Source: Piedraia hortae CBS 480.64 (taxonomy: Eukaryota). From it: a DNA stretch of 64,000 nucleotides. The notes under the pieces are model-generated. The model did not search any database, had not been told where the DNA came from, and was given only the letters and a program-made list of their open reading frames with translations. Shown piece after piece: positions 48,475 through 60,071 of the stretch. The translations under genes were made by a program, and so were the position numbers. The stretch lies in contig MU006017.1 of the NCBI GenBank assembly GCA_010093745.1, positions 1 through 64,000 of the forward strand, written 5' to 3'. Each line of letters starts with the position of its first letter. Positions within the stretch are counted from its first letter, which is position 1.

Positions 48475-49588
48475 TGTAGGCGTCAGCTTCCCCCCAACAT
48501 CACCGAGTCCCCAGCCTCTGCCCGGCGGCGCGAGTCTGTCATATAAGAACAAAGACAACGGCGTGCAGGGGAGGTATAACTGCGAACCAATCCGCGTCGA
48601 CCCCCAAACGGGTAAGGCGGATGTCGGCGCTAGCGGCCAATCGCTGTCGCATTGTGACACCGACCGCCCGTCTCCCGGTGTCCGCCTGGCCCACTTGGCA
48701 GGGGGGCGAACGTGCGCGCTGCCCCACCTTCAGCTGCGTATCCATCAGGCCCAAGAGCGCACTGCAGATGGTTTGCTCGCTGAAACAGGTGACAGCCAAC
48801 AGTTTTGAAACTCTGCCCAACTCACCTTCTTCCACCTCCCATGGCCCAAATCTCCTGTGCAGCCAATCTAAGCTTGAGAATGTGTTTTGCAACGGGAGCG
48901 ATCCATCATGATTGGCATCTAGAACTTTTGTATTGTTCACCGCATGTCAGATTTCCCAATGATCTGCCTACACATTAAGCAATTTAGGCCAGCTCGAGGT
49001 CGAGTTAATCGGACAACTGTAGGCGTGGCAGCTGAGAGGAACTGTAAGCATAATGCTTCTATTCTTCGCTCAAGTCCGTTGACGTTGTGGTGCCGCCGCG
49101 TGTGACGGTTTCAACTGAGCGTCACACGAGCTCCCCTGTTAGCATCTTCGTGCCTGCGCACTAGGGGCGTACAGAACAAAGATCTACCCGACTTGAAACA
49201 ATCGTCCCGCGGCCCGCATGCAACCACCTACAGAAGCTGCATTGGTCTAGCAGATTCTCCCGCTTGTCGGGCAGTCTGTATGCCTGGTTGGAGCTTGCGT
49301 CACGACCGCTCATGTGCAGCCTCAAATAGATTGAATATCACTAGCTACGTCATATATGATGAGCTCTTGTGCAAACCATCAAGTTCGAGCTGAGAGTTCA
49401 ACGCTGGTACTCTTGATGAGATGTGAGGTTTTACAAGAGTATCCAGGGCGCCCAAAAGTTTGCACGTGGCCTCAAGTGCGGGGTTGTGATGACGTCGACG
49501 CGCCTGGTGTCTTGTTTTCGGCACTGTCAACGTCAATTTGACACTGCCATCTTCCCCACATTCACCTCGCACTTCTGTACAGCTAGTC

Positions 49589-52500
49589 ATGGATCAAGAT
49601 CCGCTGCTGCAACAGCAGAAAGTTGGGCCCGGCGCGCACTACAGCGGCCGCAACAAGATTCCGACTGTCAACCAATTTCTCGAGAGACTCGACAAGGACA
49701 AACGACAGCGCGACAAGGAAATCGATGAACAGAGAAAAGCGTCGACTGCCCAACAGCAGTTTCAGCAGCAGGACGGTGGGCAAGGCGAGATTCATCCACA
49801 CCAGAATGAACTTGAACGAACAGGAAATCAAAAGGAAGTCACGGATCCCGTGACGGGAAAGCAAGTCACGATTGAAGATGTCAGCGATAAGCACATGGAG
49901 AGAGTCAAGAATCCAATGCTCAGCGTGCCGAATGCCAATCTTGGGAAAGACACGCCCATGAGGACGGATGCCAGCCAGAGCAATCCCGAGTACAAGGAGA
50001 AACAGGACCTGACAGCCCCGCCAGACCCGATTGAGAACAACACAACCAGTGATGTGCCAATCCACGGCGAGAAGACTAACATTCTCTTCCATCCAACGCC
50101 GTCGGTGAGCTACGAACCGACTTTCAAGCGGTTGGAGCAGCGGGGAATGTGGCTAGTGGGCGGCATCTTCTTTAGCATTATCTTCCTGGGTAGGATGTGC
50201 GGCGGTAAGCTGATAGGCATTATTCCCCTCGCTATCTGCGTCAGCTCAGGCATCTGGCTCTGGATCAAAGAAGTGGTGCGTTCGGGTCGCGAAGTCGAAT
50301 GGGGCTCGGAAAAGGAGCGCGGCAGGACAGCAACGGCTAACCTGCTTCCCGAGTCTGTAGAATGGATGAACTCCCTCCTGGGAATTGTATGGGGCCTAGT
50401 CAACCCGGACATGTTCCAGTCCGTGGCCGACACGTTGGAAGACGTCATGCAAGCATCAGTGCCGGGTATCATCGAGAATGTACGTGTGGCGGAGATCAAC
50501 CAGGGGAGCAATCCAATTAGAATCCTTAGCTTGCGGGCGTTACCCGACGATCATGTCTCTGAACTCAAGCAATCTATCCACGAAGAAAATAAGAGGACCA
50601 AGGATCCGCAGGAAGCGGCTGCTGACGAGGAAGGGGGCGACTATTACAATCTCGAGGTATCATTCGCCTACCATGCCGAAGCATCCGGGAAGCGGACGAG
50701 TGAGAAGGCCAGAAATATGCACATGCAGCTGGTCTTCTACCTGGGCGTTAAAGGTCTTTTTGGTGTGCCGCTGCCCATTTTTGTAGAGCTTCAGAGTTTG
50801 GTCGGAACGGTGCGGTTGCGACTGGCCATGACGCCCGAGCCGCCGTTTCTCAAGACGCTGACATTCACCCTCATGGGCACGCCGCAGGTCAGCGCAGGCT
50901 GCATTCCGATGATGGAAAAGGGGGTTAACATCCTCAATCTTCCCTTGATCTCCAATTTCGTAAACTATGCAATTGGCGCCGCAGCGAGCATGTATGTCGC
51001 GCCAAAGAGCATGACCCTGGATATGCGTGCCATGCTGCAGGGAGATGACATTACCAAGGACACTCAAGCCTTGGGTATTTTGTGGGTTCGTATACACAAG
51101 GCTGTTGGCTTGTCCAAGCAGGATAAACGTGGCAGCAAATGGGGCGGCAGCGATCCCTACATTACCCTCGCATTCAGCAAATACGAGAAGCCTCTCTATT
51201 GCACCAGAGTCATCACTGACGACTTGAACCCGATCTGGGAAGAGTGTGCTGCATTGCTTGTGACTCCAGAACTAATCAAAGCGAATGAAAATTTGAGTGT
51301 TGAGCTTTGGGACTCTGACCGCCACTCCGCAGATGACATTGTGGGCAAGATCGAGCTTAGCCTGCAGAAGCTGCTTCAGCACCCGGGTGAGACGTTCCCT
51401 CACGTATCCAAGCTAGCGGGCATGGATGCTGGCTCCGAGATGCCGGGGGAATTGCATTGGGAAGTGACAATGCACCGCAAGCCGAAATTCAGGCCAGCAC
51501 TCCGCACCGATGGCAAGAACAGAGATCTGCCCAAAGCTCTTCAGGATGTTCCGGAGCTGCAGGACGAAAAGGGGCAGGTCAATGATGAGACTGACGATGC
51601 AGTGCAACACACGCCTCCCGATCCTCTCTGGCCGAGTGGCATATGCTCGGTGATTGTGCACCAGATTGTTAATCTCGAGCTTGAGAATATCAAAGGAACA
51701 GCTGGCTCCCGAAAGGGTCGCGAATATGAGCCTGCCAAGCCGTATGGGGAGACGAAAGAGCAGGAAGGCAAAGACTTGCCAACATCTTACTGCACCATTC
51801 TGTACAATGACGAGCTTGTCTACCGCACGCGTGCCAAGGCAGTCAGCAGTCAGCCCATCTTCAATGCAGGAACGGAACGTTTCATTCGCGATTGGCGTAG
51901 TGCTTTGATAACCGTCACTGTTCGCGACAGTAGAAACCGCGAATCAGACCCCATCTTGGGTGTTGTCCCGCTGAAACTCACCGATTTGTTGCAGACAAGC
52001 TCACAAGTGACGCGGTGGTATCCACTGGACGGTGGCATTGGGTTTGGTCGAATCCGCATCAGCGTCCTGTTTCGCTCGGTTGACACGCGTCTACCACCTC
52101 AGCTCTTGGGTTGGGACGTTGGCACTTTTCTCTTTGGCGGAGACCGTATTGTGGCTGCGGGATATGCACACCAGGCTCGTATTAAACTACGAACTGGCGG
52201 TTCAATTGGCAAGATTGGTCGCTCAAGCTGTCACGCCATTGGTTCGAGCGCTTCTCAGGGCCATTATTGGGACCTAAGCTCACGCCAGGAGTCGGGTGGA
52301 GTGAATGCCATTAAGTTGCCCGTGAAATACCGGTACCGCAGCCCTATTGTGTTTGAGATGCACCTCGCGAACCATCGTAAGCCAGACGCATACGCATGTC
52401 TATGGCTAAGCACGCTGGTTGATAACGAGGAGTCCGAGTTTGACCTCCCCATTTACAAGACCAAAGCTGCAGGGAGATTGACTCAGAATTTCATTACGCC

Positions 52501-53215
52501 CGATATGGACCCTTCTACACTGCCTGGTTTGGAGGACGTTCAAGAAGTGGGCCGTTTGCAGTTTCGAGGTCAGTTCAAAGCTGGCATGGATCCGTCTCAC
52601 GAGGCATTCGTCATGGACAACGATTCCCGTGAGACGTTTGAGACGTGGGAAGCGTGCCAGGCCGAGGGGGTCCGCACGAACCGCGTGGATAAGGAGTTAC
52701 CGCAGCGCGTTGCCGAATTACACGAGCAAAGCCTGTTACAAGGACGGGACGTGCTGAAGGATGCGAGCCCGGAGGAGAAGCAAAAGTGGCTCAGCAAAAC
52801 AGGCACAGACTGGAGTGGCGCATTCGGCGAGGATCCAGCACGTTACGTGGACTCTCGAGGTCGCAAACGGCGGGAGCCCGGAAGCGAGCCGCCATTGGAC
52901 GGAGAACCGTCAGACGATTACGACTCGGATGATGATGACGATGACGACGACATGACTGAGGCAGCTGGTAGGAACAGCGTGCAATCGAGGGGCACAGGAG
53001 AGACGGGCTGGACAGCGGGGACAGACGACTCCCAAGACGTCAACAAGCAGAACAAGCGCACCGAAGAGCGCAAGCACCGTGGTCTAATGCAGTGGAAGCC
53101 CGCTCGCAACTTACGCTTCGCCAAGACCGAAGGCATCATTGGTTTGCGTAAGCTCAAGAACAAGCTAACCGGGGACCTTGAAGGCAGGCAGCCGGGTGTA
53201 GAGACGGAAGCTTAG
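49589..53215 (+). CDS. Mug190-like, tricalbin-related SMP and C2 domain membrane protein
   Basis: Transmembrane hairpin, then SMP (PESVEWMNSLL...DTLEDVMQASVP...PEPPFLKTLTFTLMG), C2 (GILWVRIHKA...SDPYI...DLNPIWEE...ELWDSD) and a second C2. Ends HRGLMQWKPARN...PGVETEA. ATG at 49589, intronless. Confidence 0.92.
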   Translation: MDQDPLLQQQKVGPGAHYSGRNKIPTVNQFLERLDKDKRQRDKEIDEQRKASTAQQQFQQQDGGQGEIHPHQNELERTGNQKEVTDPVTGKQVTIEDVSDKHMERVKNPMLSVPNANLGKDTPMRTDASQSNPEYKEKQDLTAPPDPIENNTTSDVPIHGEKTNILFHPTPSVSYEPTFKRLEQRGMWLVGGIFFSIIFLGRMCGGKLIGIIPLAICVSSGIWLWIKEVVRSGREVEWGSEKERGRTATANLLPESVEWMNSLLGIVWGLVNPDMFQSVADTLEDVMQASVPGIIENVRVAEINQGSNPIRILSLRALPDDHVSELKQSIHEENKRTKDPQEAAADEEGGDYYNLEVSFAYHAEASGKRTSEKARNMHMQLVFYLGVKGLFGVPLPIFVELQSLVGTVRLRLAMTPEPPFLKTLTFTLMGTPQVSAGCIPMMEKGVNILNLPLISNFVNYAIGAAASMYVAPKSMTLDMRAMLQGDDITKDTQALGILWVRIHKAVGLSKQDKRGSKWGGSDPYITLAFSKYEKPLYCTRVITDDLNPIWEECAALLVTPELIKANENLSVELWDSDRHSADDIVGKIELSLQKLLQHPGETFPHVSKLAGMDAGSEMPGELHWEVTMHRKPKFRPALRTDGKNRDLPKALQDVPELQDEKGQVNDETDDAVQHTPPDPLWPSGICSVIVHQIVNLELENIKGTAGSRKGREYEPAKPYGETKEQEGKDLPTSYCTILYNDELVYRTRAKAVSSQPIFNAGTERFIRDWRSALITVTVRDSRNRESDPILGVVPLKLTDLLQTSSQVTRWYPLDGGIGFGRIRISVLFRSVDTRLPPQLLGWDVGTFLFGGDRIVAAGYAHQARIKLRTGGSIGKIGRSSCHAIGSSASQGHYWDLSSRQESGGVNAIKLPVKYRYRSPIVFEMHLANHRKPDAYACLWLSTLVDNEESEFDLPIYKTKAAGRLTQNFITPDMDPSTLPGLEDVQEVGRLQFRGQFKAGMDPSHEAFVMDNDSRETFETWEACQAEGVRTNRVDKELPQRVAELHEQSLLQGRDVLKDASPEEKQKWLSKTGTDWSGAFGEDPARYVDSRGRKRREPGSEPPLDGEPSDDYDSDDDDDDDDMTEAAGRNSVQSRGTGETGWTAGTDDSQDVNKQNKRTEERKHRGLMQWKPARNLRFAKTEGIIGLRKLKNKLTGDLEGRQPGVETEA

Positions 53216-53512
53216 GATGACGCGTCTATATAGCTGTTAAAGCAGATGACGCGCGTCAATGGGCGGGTGTTAGCGACGGGAGTTAGGCGAATGTTTACGA
53301 AACTCTTTTTTCCTTTCCGTCGATCATCTAACCAGATATGGCCTAGTTGTGCCTTGATTTAGCGCCATTCCTTTGCCCATCTGCACCGAATCCGGGCGTT
53401 TGACCGTTGTCCCACGAACTATTCTCTTGTTTTAGCGCAGCACAACTTTTTGAGCGTGATATAGTCTCGTTGGTCCCCAGTTGAGGATGAATTTATCACC
53501 CAAACACGCACA

Positions 53513-54151
53513 ATGTCTTCCCACGGACAGCCCGACTTCCTCGGCGGCGGGCCTCCCGCTGGCGTAACTACCGGCGACCTGTCCGCGGCACGCCTAGGGC
53601 AAAAGAATCAAGTTATCGCCCACGCGCTTCTCGCCTGCGTCACCTTTGCTTTCATCTTCCCCGTAGGCGGAATTCTCATCCGCCTCCCACTACCTTATTA
53701 CATCCACTCGGCCTTGCAATCCCTAGGCTTCATCTTCTACCTCGCCGCGTTCGCGCTAGGAATGGACATGGCCACGAACACGGACCTCATGCATAGGACC
53801 CATGTTCAGCTCGGAATTGTAATCCTGGTCCTCACCATCCTCCAGCCCGTCCTGGGCATCTGGCATCATCTCCAGTTCAAGAGAACTGGGCGCAGGGTCG
53901 TTGTGTCGCACTTTCATCTTTGGATTGGGAGGGCGGTGATTGCTCTAGGTATTGTAAATGGTGGCTTGGGTTTGGATTTGGCGAGGGATTTGAGAACGGT
54001 TGCGCCTAGTAGAGGTGCGCTGGTAGGATACTCGGTTGCGGCCGCGTTGATGTGGTTGGTGTATGTTGCGGTGGCTGTGATGGGAGAGACTAGGAGGAAG
54101 AGGGAAACTGGTGGACAGAGAAGGCGGGAGAGGAATCTGGGACGGGTTTGA
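53513..54151 (+). CDS. Cytochrome b561-domain membrane protein
   Basis: Five hydrophobic helices with four heme-ligand His positions: IAHALL..FAFIFPVGGILIR, YIHSALQ, THVQLG..QPVLGIWHH, FHLWIGR..GIVNGGLGL. Confidence 0.88.
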   Translation: MSSHGQPDFLGGGPPAGVTTGDLSAARLGQKNQVIAHALLACVTFAFIFPVGGILIRLPLPYYIHSALQSLGFIFYLAAFALGMDMATNTDLMHRTHVQLGIVILVLTILQPVLGIWHHLQFKRTGRRVVVSHFHLWIGRAVIALGIVNGGLGLDLARDLRTVAPSRGALVGYSVAAALMWLVYVAVAVMGETRRKRETGGQRRRERNLGRV

Positions 54152-54519
54152 GTGTTGTACAAGTGATTTATCATGTGCGAATTGGGGTTTTGTTAATTAT
54201 TTGACTATTTCTTCATGGGTGCTTTGTCCGAGTTCCATGCTCTACGTAAATGAAACTGGTCTGAGTCATACTCGATAAAATCCAGCAATACGCACAGGAT
54301 GGGCCAGGAGCTGCAAGACGACACGGCTCTACAGAGCCAAATGGTAGATATTTAGGATGCATGCGGGATGCTTTTGCCACAGTGGGGCTTGAAGCTGCCG
54401 CTTTGTGACTCGTACCGCGTTAAAGTGACTGCATCCTAGGAAGAGTGTTCAATTAGGTAGTTGCTGGAACAGAAAAGCTCTTATAAGAACAGGTATAAGA
54501 TTCAAAAATTTCGAGTGGT

Positions 54520-54564
54520 GTATTCGGTGTATTCAGCGTATACAGCGTATACAGCGTATTCAGC
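54520..54564. repeat. 9-bp minisatellite, 5 imperfect units
   Basis: GTATTCGGT GTATTCAGC GTATACAGC GTATACAGC GTATTCAGC. Confidence 0.85.
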
Positions 54565-55169
54565 AATATCAGGATCGATGGAAAGTATGTCCCGTCTTGA
54601 CACGATGTATAATATTGATCACATCTTAGTCGTAGCATACAAGCAAGTGATGGCCACCGATGCTTGGAACTTTGTTGGTGAGATAGGCGTGGATGTGTAA
54701 GAACTGTCAGACCGGGAAGCTATCGTTCTGGCGATGGGCTTGTTTGGATGTCAGTTTCTCGCGATTCCTTCCACATTTCCGTTTCACGTAGACAACGAGG
54801 GTTGTCTCTTTAGTGACTAAATGCTTTTGCCCGCCAACGTGCCAGCCTGGCATTGGCATTACCAGGCTCACAGATGGCAGAAGTGATTCTTTTCCGACGT
54901 AATTCGGGTGGGGCATGTCACAGCTGTTAGCTAGCAGCTGGCCAATCGTCGTGCCTACCTCTAACATTCTCGGCGGCCACCACGCTGAGTAATTCAGTAG
55001 TATATCAGATCCACTCCCGATTTGGTCATGCTTTGGACAACAGCCACACTGTCAAAAATGAAAAGTCTCTTCTTCCGACAGAACCCATTGCCGAAATCCT
55101 GGCCAAGTCTGCCTCCGTGAAAGACAGAGCTTTTATGGCTTTCGCCCACTTACCGTTGTAGTAGCAGGA

Positions 55170-55871
55170 ATGCTGCGAGGGTATTTTATTTTCAAGTTGG
55201 CTGCTATACATCTTCAAGCGGGCCAGAGTATCTCCACCGCGGTCACCTGTTGCCTTCTGGTGTTGTTCTGCCAGACTGCCTTGGAATGGCTTATGATCTG
55301 GCGTCTGGCTTGCGATGGTCATCAAAGTGACAAGAGATTGTTCTGGGCGGTAGCGTGCATCGTCCTGTACTGCCTGACACCGCAGGCGATCGCGTCGAAT
55401 TTTCATAACCTCTGGTTGCTTTGCGGACACGTTGTGTTTTTGGCTGCAATGTGGGCAACCCTTTGTGGAGGGGCGCATTCTTACATCATAATATATCTCG
55501 GTCTGGCGGTCGGGTATGTTGTGGGCATAACAGTAACTTCCGGGGACTCTCCTGCGCTTTTCAAAGCCATGGGCATTCTTGTTCTGGTCTCAAGCACAAT
55601 AACCACGATATCGGTAATCGCTCTACCAATGCACAAAACTTTTGTTCCTTATTCCGAGTTTTGCGAACACGGTGCTGTGCCTGACACTGCGCAGCTGACC
55701 AAAATTGACAAATCCAAAGACATTGTTGTAATAAGCAGCGGCACCTCACAGGTGTGTCAGTATACACGCGTATCTAGAGCTACAAGAAACTTTCTCAGTA
55801 CTCGAACCCTGGTCAGGGATGTAGGTCATCACCTGCGGATCGCTCCGTGGCGACCTGCACAACAGACATAA
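55170..55871 (+). CDS. Orphan multi-pass membrane protein (hypothetical)
   Basis: 233-aa ATG ORF with about 5 hydrophobic segments followed by a polar tail. No family recognised. Confidence 0.4.
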   Translation: MLRGYFIFKLAAIHLQAGQSISTAVTCCLLVLFCQTALEWLMIWRLACDGHQSDKRLFWAVACIVLYCLTPQAIASNFHNLWLLCGHVVFLAAMWATLCGGAHSYIIIYLGLAVGYVVGITVTSGDSPALFKAMGILVLVSSTITTISVIALPMHKTFVPYSEFCEHGAVPDTAQLTKIDKSKDIVVISSGTSQVCQYTRVSRATRNFLSTRTLVRDVGHHLRIAPWRPAQQT

Positions 55872-58051
55872 CTGCGGAGAAACAGCGGTTGTTGAAGGCC
55901 AGAGGGGAAACTCGGTGTAACTTTTAATTGGCATGTACAAGGTTGGCTACCATGTCCTCAACTATGAGCGCCTCTCCGTCCTCCTCAACTGTTTCTTGCC
56001 TTTTAGTGGCTACTTTGCATTAATGTTGCTAATGAGCCTACCTTGTCCCAGCCAATGCCATGAAATAGAAACCACCCTCATGTAGTCTTCGCGCTGGAGC
56101 ATAGTTGTTTGCATACATCGCAGCAGGGAAATGTGCTAATTGTCGAGGGCCAGAAACTGCGGGAGAGTAAAGTAGATATTGAATCACTTTACGGGAAGAA
56201 CACCATCTATCTATTCGCCAGCTTCCACTATCTCCGTTTGTGTTATGCTTTATGGTCGTCCAACCACCTCCTCTGAATTACCCCTTCGTTAACCCCGTCG
56301 ACATCACACTGCATTATTCCCTCCCCCTCCCCCCTCCTTGGACGAAAACCCTCTTGCGGAAATATAGAAGAAAGGGTAAGCCAAAGTGAAGCTCCGATCC
56401 TTCAATCGGAACTCCTCCTCCGGACAGAAATCAAGCTGCCAATCGATCTTAGACGAGGCACTTGTATTACCCCCTTTACCCTCAAAACAAGGTTTAATTC
56501 TAAAAATGAGTCTGATATTGGATCTTGGATGTCGCTAGCGTGCTCATGCGAATTGCCGACTGCAGTTAGCGTAAGAGGTGGTGAAGCGATGGATCTTGGA
56601 AGTCTAGGACGTGTGTGTGGCTAGGGGCGGAAAGCGAAAGTAAAACCGTTGCCAAGCTACCCAACTGCGGAACGTTGGTTGCAATACTAACGTTGTCTCA
56701 ACAAATAACTTCCCTGGCTTTGGGAAACCGGCATGGGGGTCACCATGCAAACTGCAACAGTGTCATGAATTTCTGAGAGGAAAATTCAGCGTCATATGTA
56801 TGTTTTATAAGAAATGGAAGCAAACAACAGGTCGATACTAATGCACGCGGGCGAAGTTGTGTGCTAGCGACCCTTTACCGAAACTTGTTTGTTTTCGCAC
56901 GCAAGGAACAAGCGACCCCTAAATGCCACTCATGCCATCTTTTTAAGGAATCAGGTATGCACTCTGAATCATCTAGCTGACGTTTGCTCCGTAGGGGGTA
57001 AAAGAATAATGCAGACTGAAATTACCTGCCATTTCCGAATCACGGAGGGTGACATCAACCTGTCTCAGTGGACCTGATGTCCCCATAAAACTTCTAGATG
57101 CATATGTTCGCTTCTCCGCCTGAAGGAGCGTCTGACACCAACATCGTATGCGTGTTCAAGACGCATTGCATTTTGGTTTCTCAACTTGGTATGGGCTACA
57201 CAACCCTTTGGAAAGTCCCACAGCGGAGGTGCAAGTTTCACTGACTCATTCTTCAATATCATTCATCCGCACCCATCATTTAGTAGAAGCAAGCTTGGAA
57301 ATATTGTAAGAGCGTTAACGCAATCTTAGCTGTACCTTAAAAGCAAGTAGAGTGCACATGCTCACTGTAGATGTGTGTTTGAAGTAAGCTATGGGTGGGC
57401 TTTCAGACTGGTCGTTAAAGTTGACTGATTCAAGTCACGAAAGGCAGGCTAAAGAGACCATCATGGCTTGCCTGGCCATAGCGAATCGAAGGACCTCACT
57501 AGGGACCAAACGGCCCTTTAAGCTCTCGTGTCACGGTCATTTGGTGGTTAAGTTGTAGCCATGTTACCTGTTCCTCAATGAGAATGTTTCCCTAGGGCGT
57601 GGTCACGTCATGTGACATCGTCACGGAACATGCGGTTCGGGTCGTACCGCAATATGGGGCAATTTTGGCACACAAGTCTCCCCGTCGCTTTCGACGATAT
57701 TCGTAGTTATGGACAGTCGCAATAAGTTGAAGGATGTGTCACGTGATAACCATGAACACGGCGATATTACACAACATTTTTCACCGTTCCACCAGAGTTC
57801 AATGTTTCCATGGACCGTACGATGATGGTACATAAACCGTGAATGGAAAATGCAATTGCGCCATAAGGCATCCAAATCAACTTCATCAGGATACTGATCC
57901 ATGCGATTAGCTAAAGGGAAAAAGTCGTCGCCAGTGAGATCCCAAGCTGCCGACTAATCGATTCCATCGACAAGCTTCAAACTTGCCAAGAAACCAATAG
58001 AGGTGAACTTACAACCGTGATCCGTCTGATAAGTGTTTTAGCCCGGGGTGG

Positions 58052-58762
58052 GTGGGAAATTGGAGTCGTGTGACTCGAAGCGATGCTACCAAGAACGTGA
58101 TGTCCCGCATTAAACGTTCTACGGAACAATCGGGAATGCCAGTCAAAATCATGATTCAGATGAAGCGAAGCATGGCTAAGACGCTGCATAATGTTTTCTT
58201 GCACCCGATAGATTGCAAAACGGACGATGTTGATTCTTGTATGACTACGCTGTATATCTTTATGAAGGTCAGTGGTGGGGAGGCCGGTGGACGGGAAGAA
58301 CTCGGGGAGATTTATGAGTACATGTTTCTGAGCGTTCAGAGCGTCTACCTACGTCACGGGTTTGGTGCTTCAAACTCAAAGGTCGTTGCAGCTTGGTGGG
58401 AGCATCCGCTTGTGACGTTGCCGCTTAAGTCAGCGCGCAGGGATGTTGAGGTCCTTTGTCCGGTCTTGGTACATGGGCCCAAGGATGACCTCAGATGCTC
58501 TCTGCAGAAGAATGTGTTTGATTTGTTGTACACTTACTGTATGTGGGAAGCTGAAGAGAGAGATCCTGATCTCGCCAATGGTACTATCAATGCAGTTGCA
58601 GAACTGGTGCTGCGTCATCATGAGTTATCTCTTCGTCCGGTTTTGGATTTGAGATTATCTGGGCTTAGAAGAATACAGAGAATGAGGGTGACGATCGTCG
58701 TTGAGAATTTTCGTGAACACGCTAAGCTGATTTTTACGCACCACATCCGGAAAAACAGATAA
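58052..58762 (+). CDS. Orphan protein, probably the terminal exon of a longer gene or starting at a downstream ATG
   Basis: The frame is open from about 58007 to 58762 with globular composition. Intron-like segments lie upstream at 56.8-58.0 kb, but the 5' structure could not be resolved. Confidence 0.45.
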   Translation: MGNWSRVTRSDATKNVMSRIKRSTEQSGMPVKIMIQMKRSMAKTLHNVFLHPIDCKTDDVDSCMTTLYIFMKVSGGEAGGREELGEIYEYMFLSVQSVYLRHGFGASNSKVVAAWWEHPLVTLPLKSARRDVEVLCPVLVHGPKDDLRCSLQKNVFDLLYTYCMWEAEERDPDLANGTINAVAELVLRHHELSLRPVLDLRLSGLRRIQRMRVTIVVENFREHAKLIFTHHIRKNR

Positions 58763-60071
58763 CTACATCTCCGTAACTCCCATCTTCCGCAGAGACTTCC
58801 TAGCCCTCTCACCCAGAACCTTATCCGCCTCAATCTGCGCGGTATACGACCAGGCATACCAATCCTCCTCAGTGCGGTCGTCCACCTGATTCGCAAATCT
58901 CAACATCTCTTTATACATACGCATTATTGCGCGCAGCAGACGAGGGGGTAGGATTATATTAGCCCGCAGGGCATCCGTGCTCAAAACTTTGTCCGCGGCA
59001 TGGATAGCTCTGCCCTCAGGAGTGCCGTGGGTGGAGATTTTAAGGGTCATCGTCATTGGTTGGGGGCGCATCATATACATTATTCGGCGGCGTACGTTGT
59101 TTGATAGCGCTGCTCGAATGAAATATACAAAGTCTATAGCGCCAAGATCGGGCTCGCTACCGGCAATGTAGGCGGATAAGGGTGTGCGAAGGTGAGCATC
59201 TTGTTCTGTTTCCGCCTCGTAATTATCATTTGTATCGAATATATCGAGTATGGAATCTATCCCTGTATTTCGCGGCGGATTGTCAGTGAGACGGTCTGTT
59301 TGTTTCGCTGTAAGTTGGTCGATGCCGGTGCGAAGAAATGTTTCTATTTGAATTAGTTAGTTGGTTCGCTAATAATGGCAAAGTAATCCCACCATAGTTG
59401 AAAAGGGCGTCGGTAAAGGCATCGACGATCTCTATAACTTTGCCGATTGCGAAGGTCGACCCATCGGCATTGTTGGGCTTGGAGATTGCATGAAGTAGCT
59501 CGATATGAGGGTACTGACCATGAGAATGCGTGGTTGGCAAAGTGGGCTGAAAATATGACTGGGACACCGATGTGGGACCCGCGAAAAAGACGTGTTGGCC
59601 ACTATAATGTTTATCGCCGAGAGCCTTGGCTTCTTGCGAAATTGATCTGGCTAGGTCTCGGAAAGGTCTTTTAGTCCTTCCTTTGTAATCTTCAAGATAG
59701 TGATAGCGAAGATAAGGCGCATGCTCTGGATTGACAGTTGAGTCAGGCTCACGCTCTCTCAATCTCGAAAAGAACCTCTCCTTTACATTGATCGGAGACG
59801 TGCTGGTATGCGAGTTGGGTGAGGGCATGTTGACGTTGGCATCTTTACTTGTAAATTTGCTATACCTTGTGTCTTGAGATCCTCTGGAAGAGTAGCCGGG
59901 ATCCTCGGTGGGCCTGACTCTTGGCGCTGATAAATTAACAGACCTATTTGCAACGACATTGGCGTTAGGAACTTGGCCGCTGGATACCATGCCACGCTCA
60001 GTGGCGATAGTGTACTTTTGAATCTTTGCACTTGAGATGGACTTGGAAAAATGAAAGACGTGAGTAGGCAT
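58763..60071 (-). CDS. Orphan two-exon protein, 419 aa
   Basis: Exons 60071-59393 and 59343-58763. A 49-nt intron at 59392-59344 (GTGGGA...CTAAC...TAG) joins two ORF-track fragments in phase (...LFNY-E-TFLRTG...). Total 1260 nt. Confidence 0.6.

Noticed and set aside
48475..48660. N-terminal extensions given by the ORF track for DOCK (and likewise for the Mug190-like, Bys1-like and MFS genes)
   Set aside because: Family-typical N-termini begin at downstream ATGs, so the extensions look like 5' UTR.
56905..56955. KRPLNA followed by an intron-like sequence, resembling the start of a MAT1-1-1 alpha box
   Set aside because: The following F/W-M-A-F-R and later alpha-box residues are absent, the frame stops soon after, and no APN2/SLA2-type MAT neighbours are in the window.
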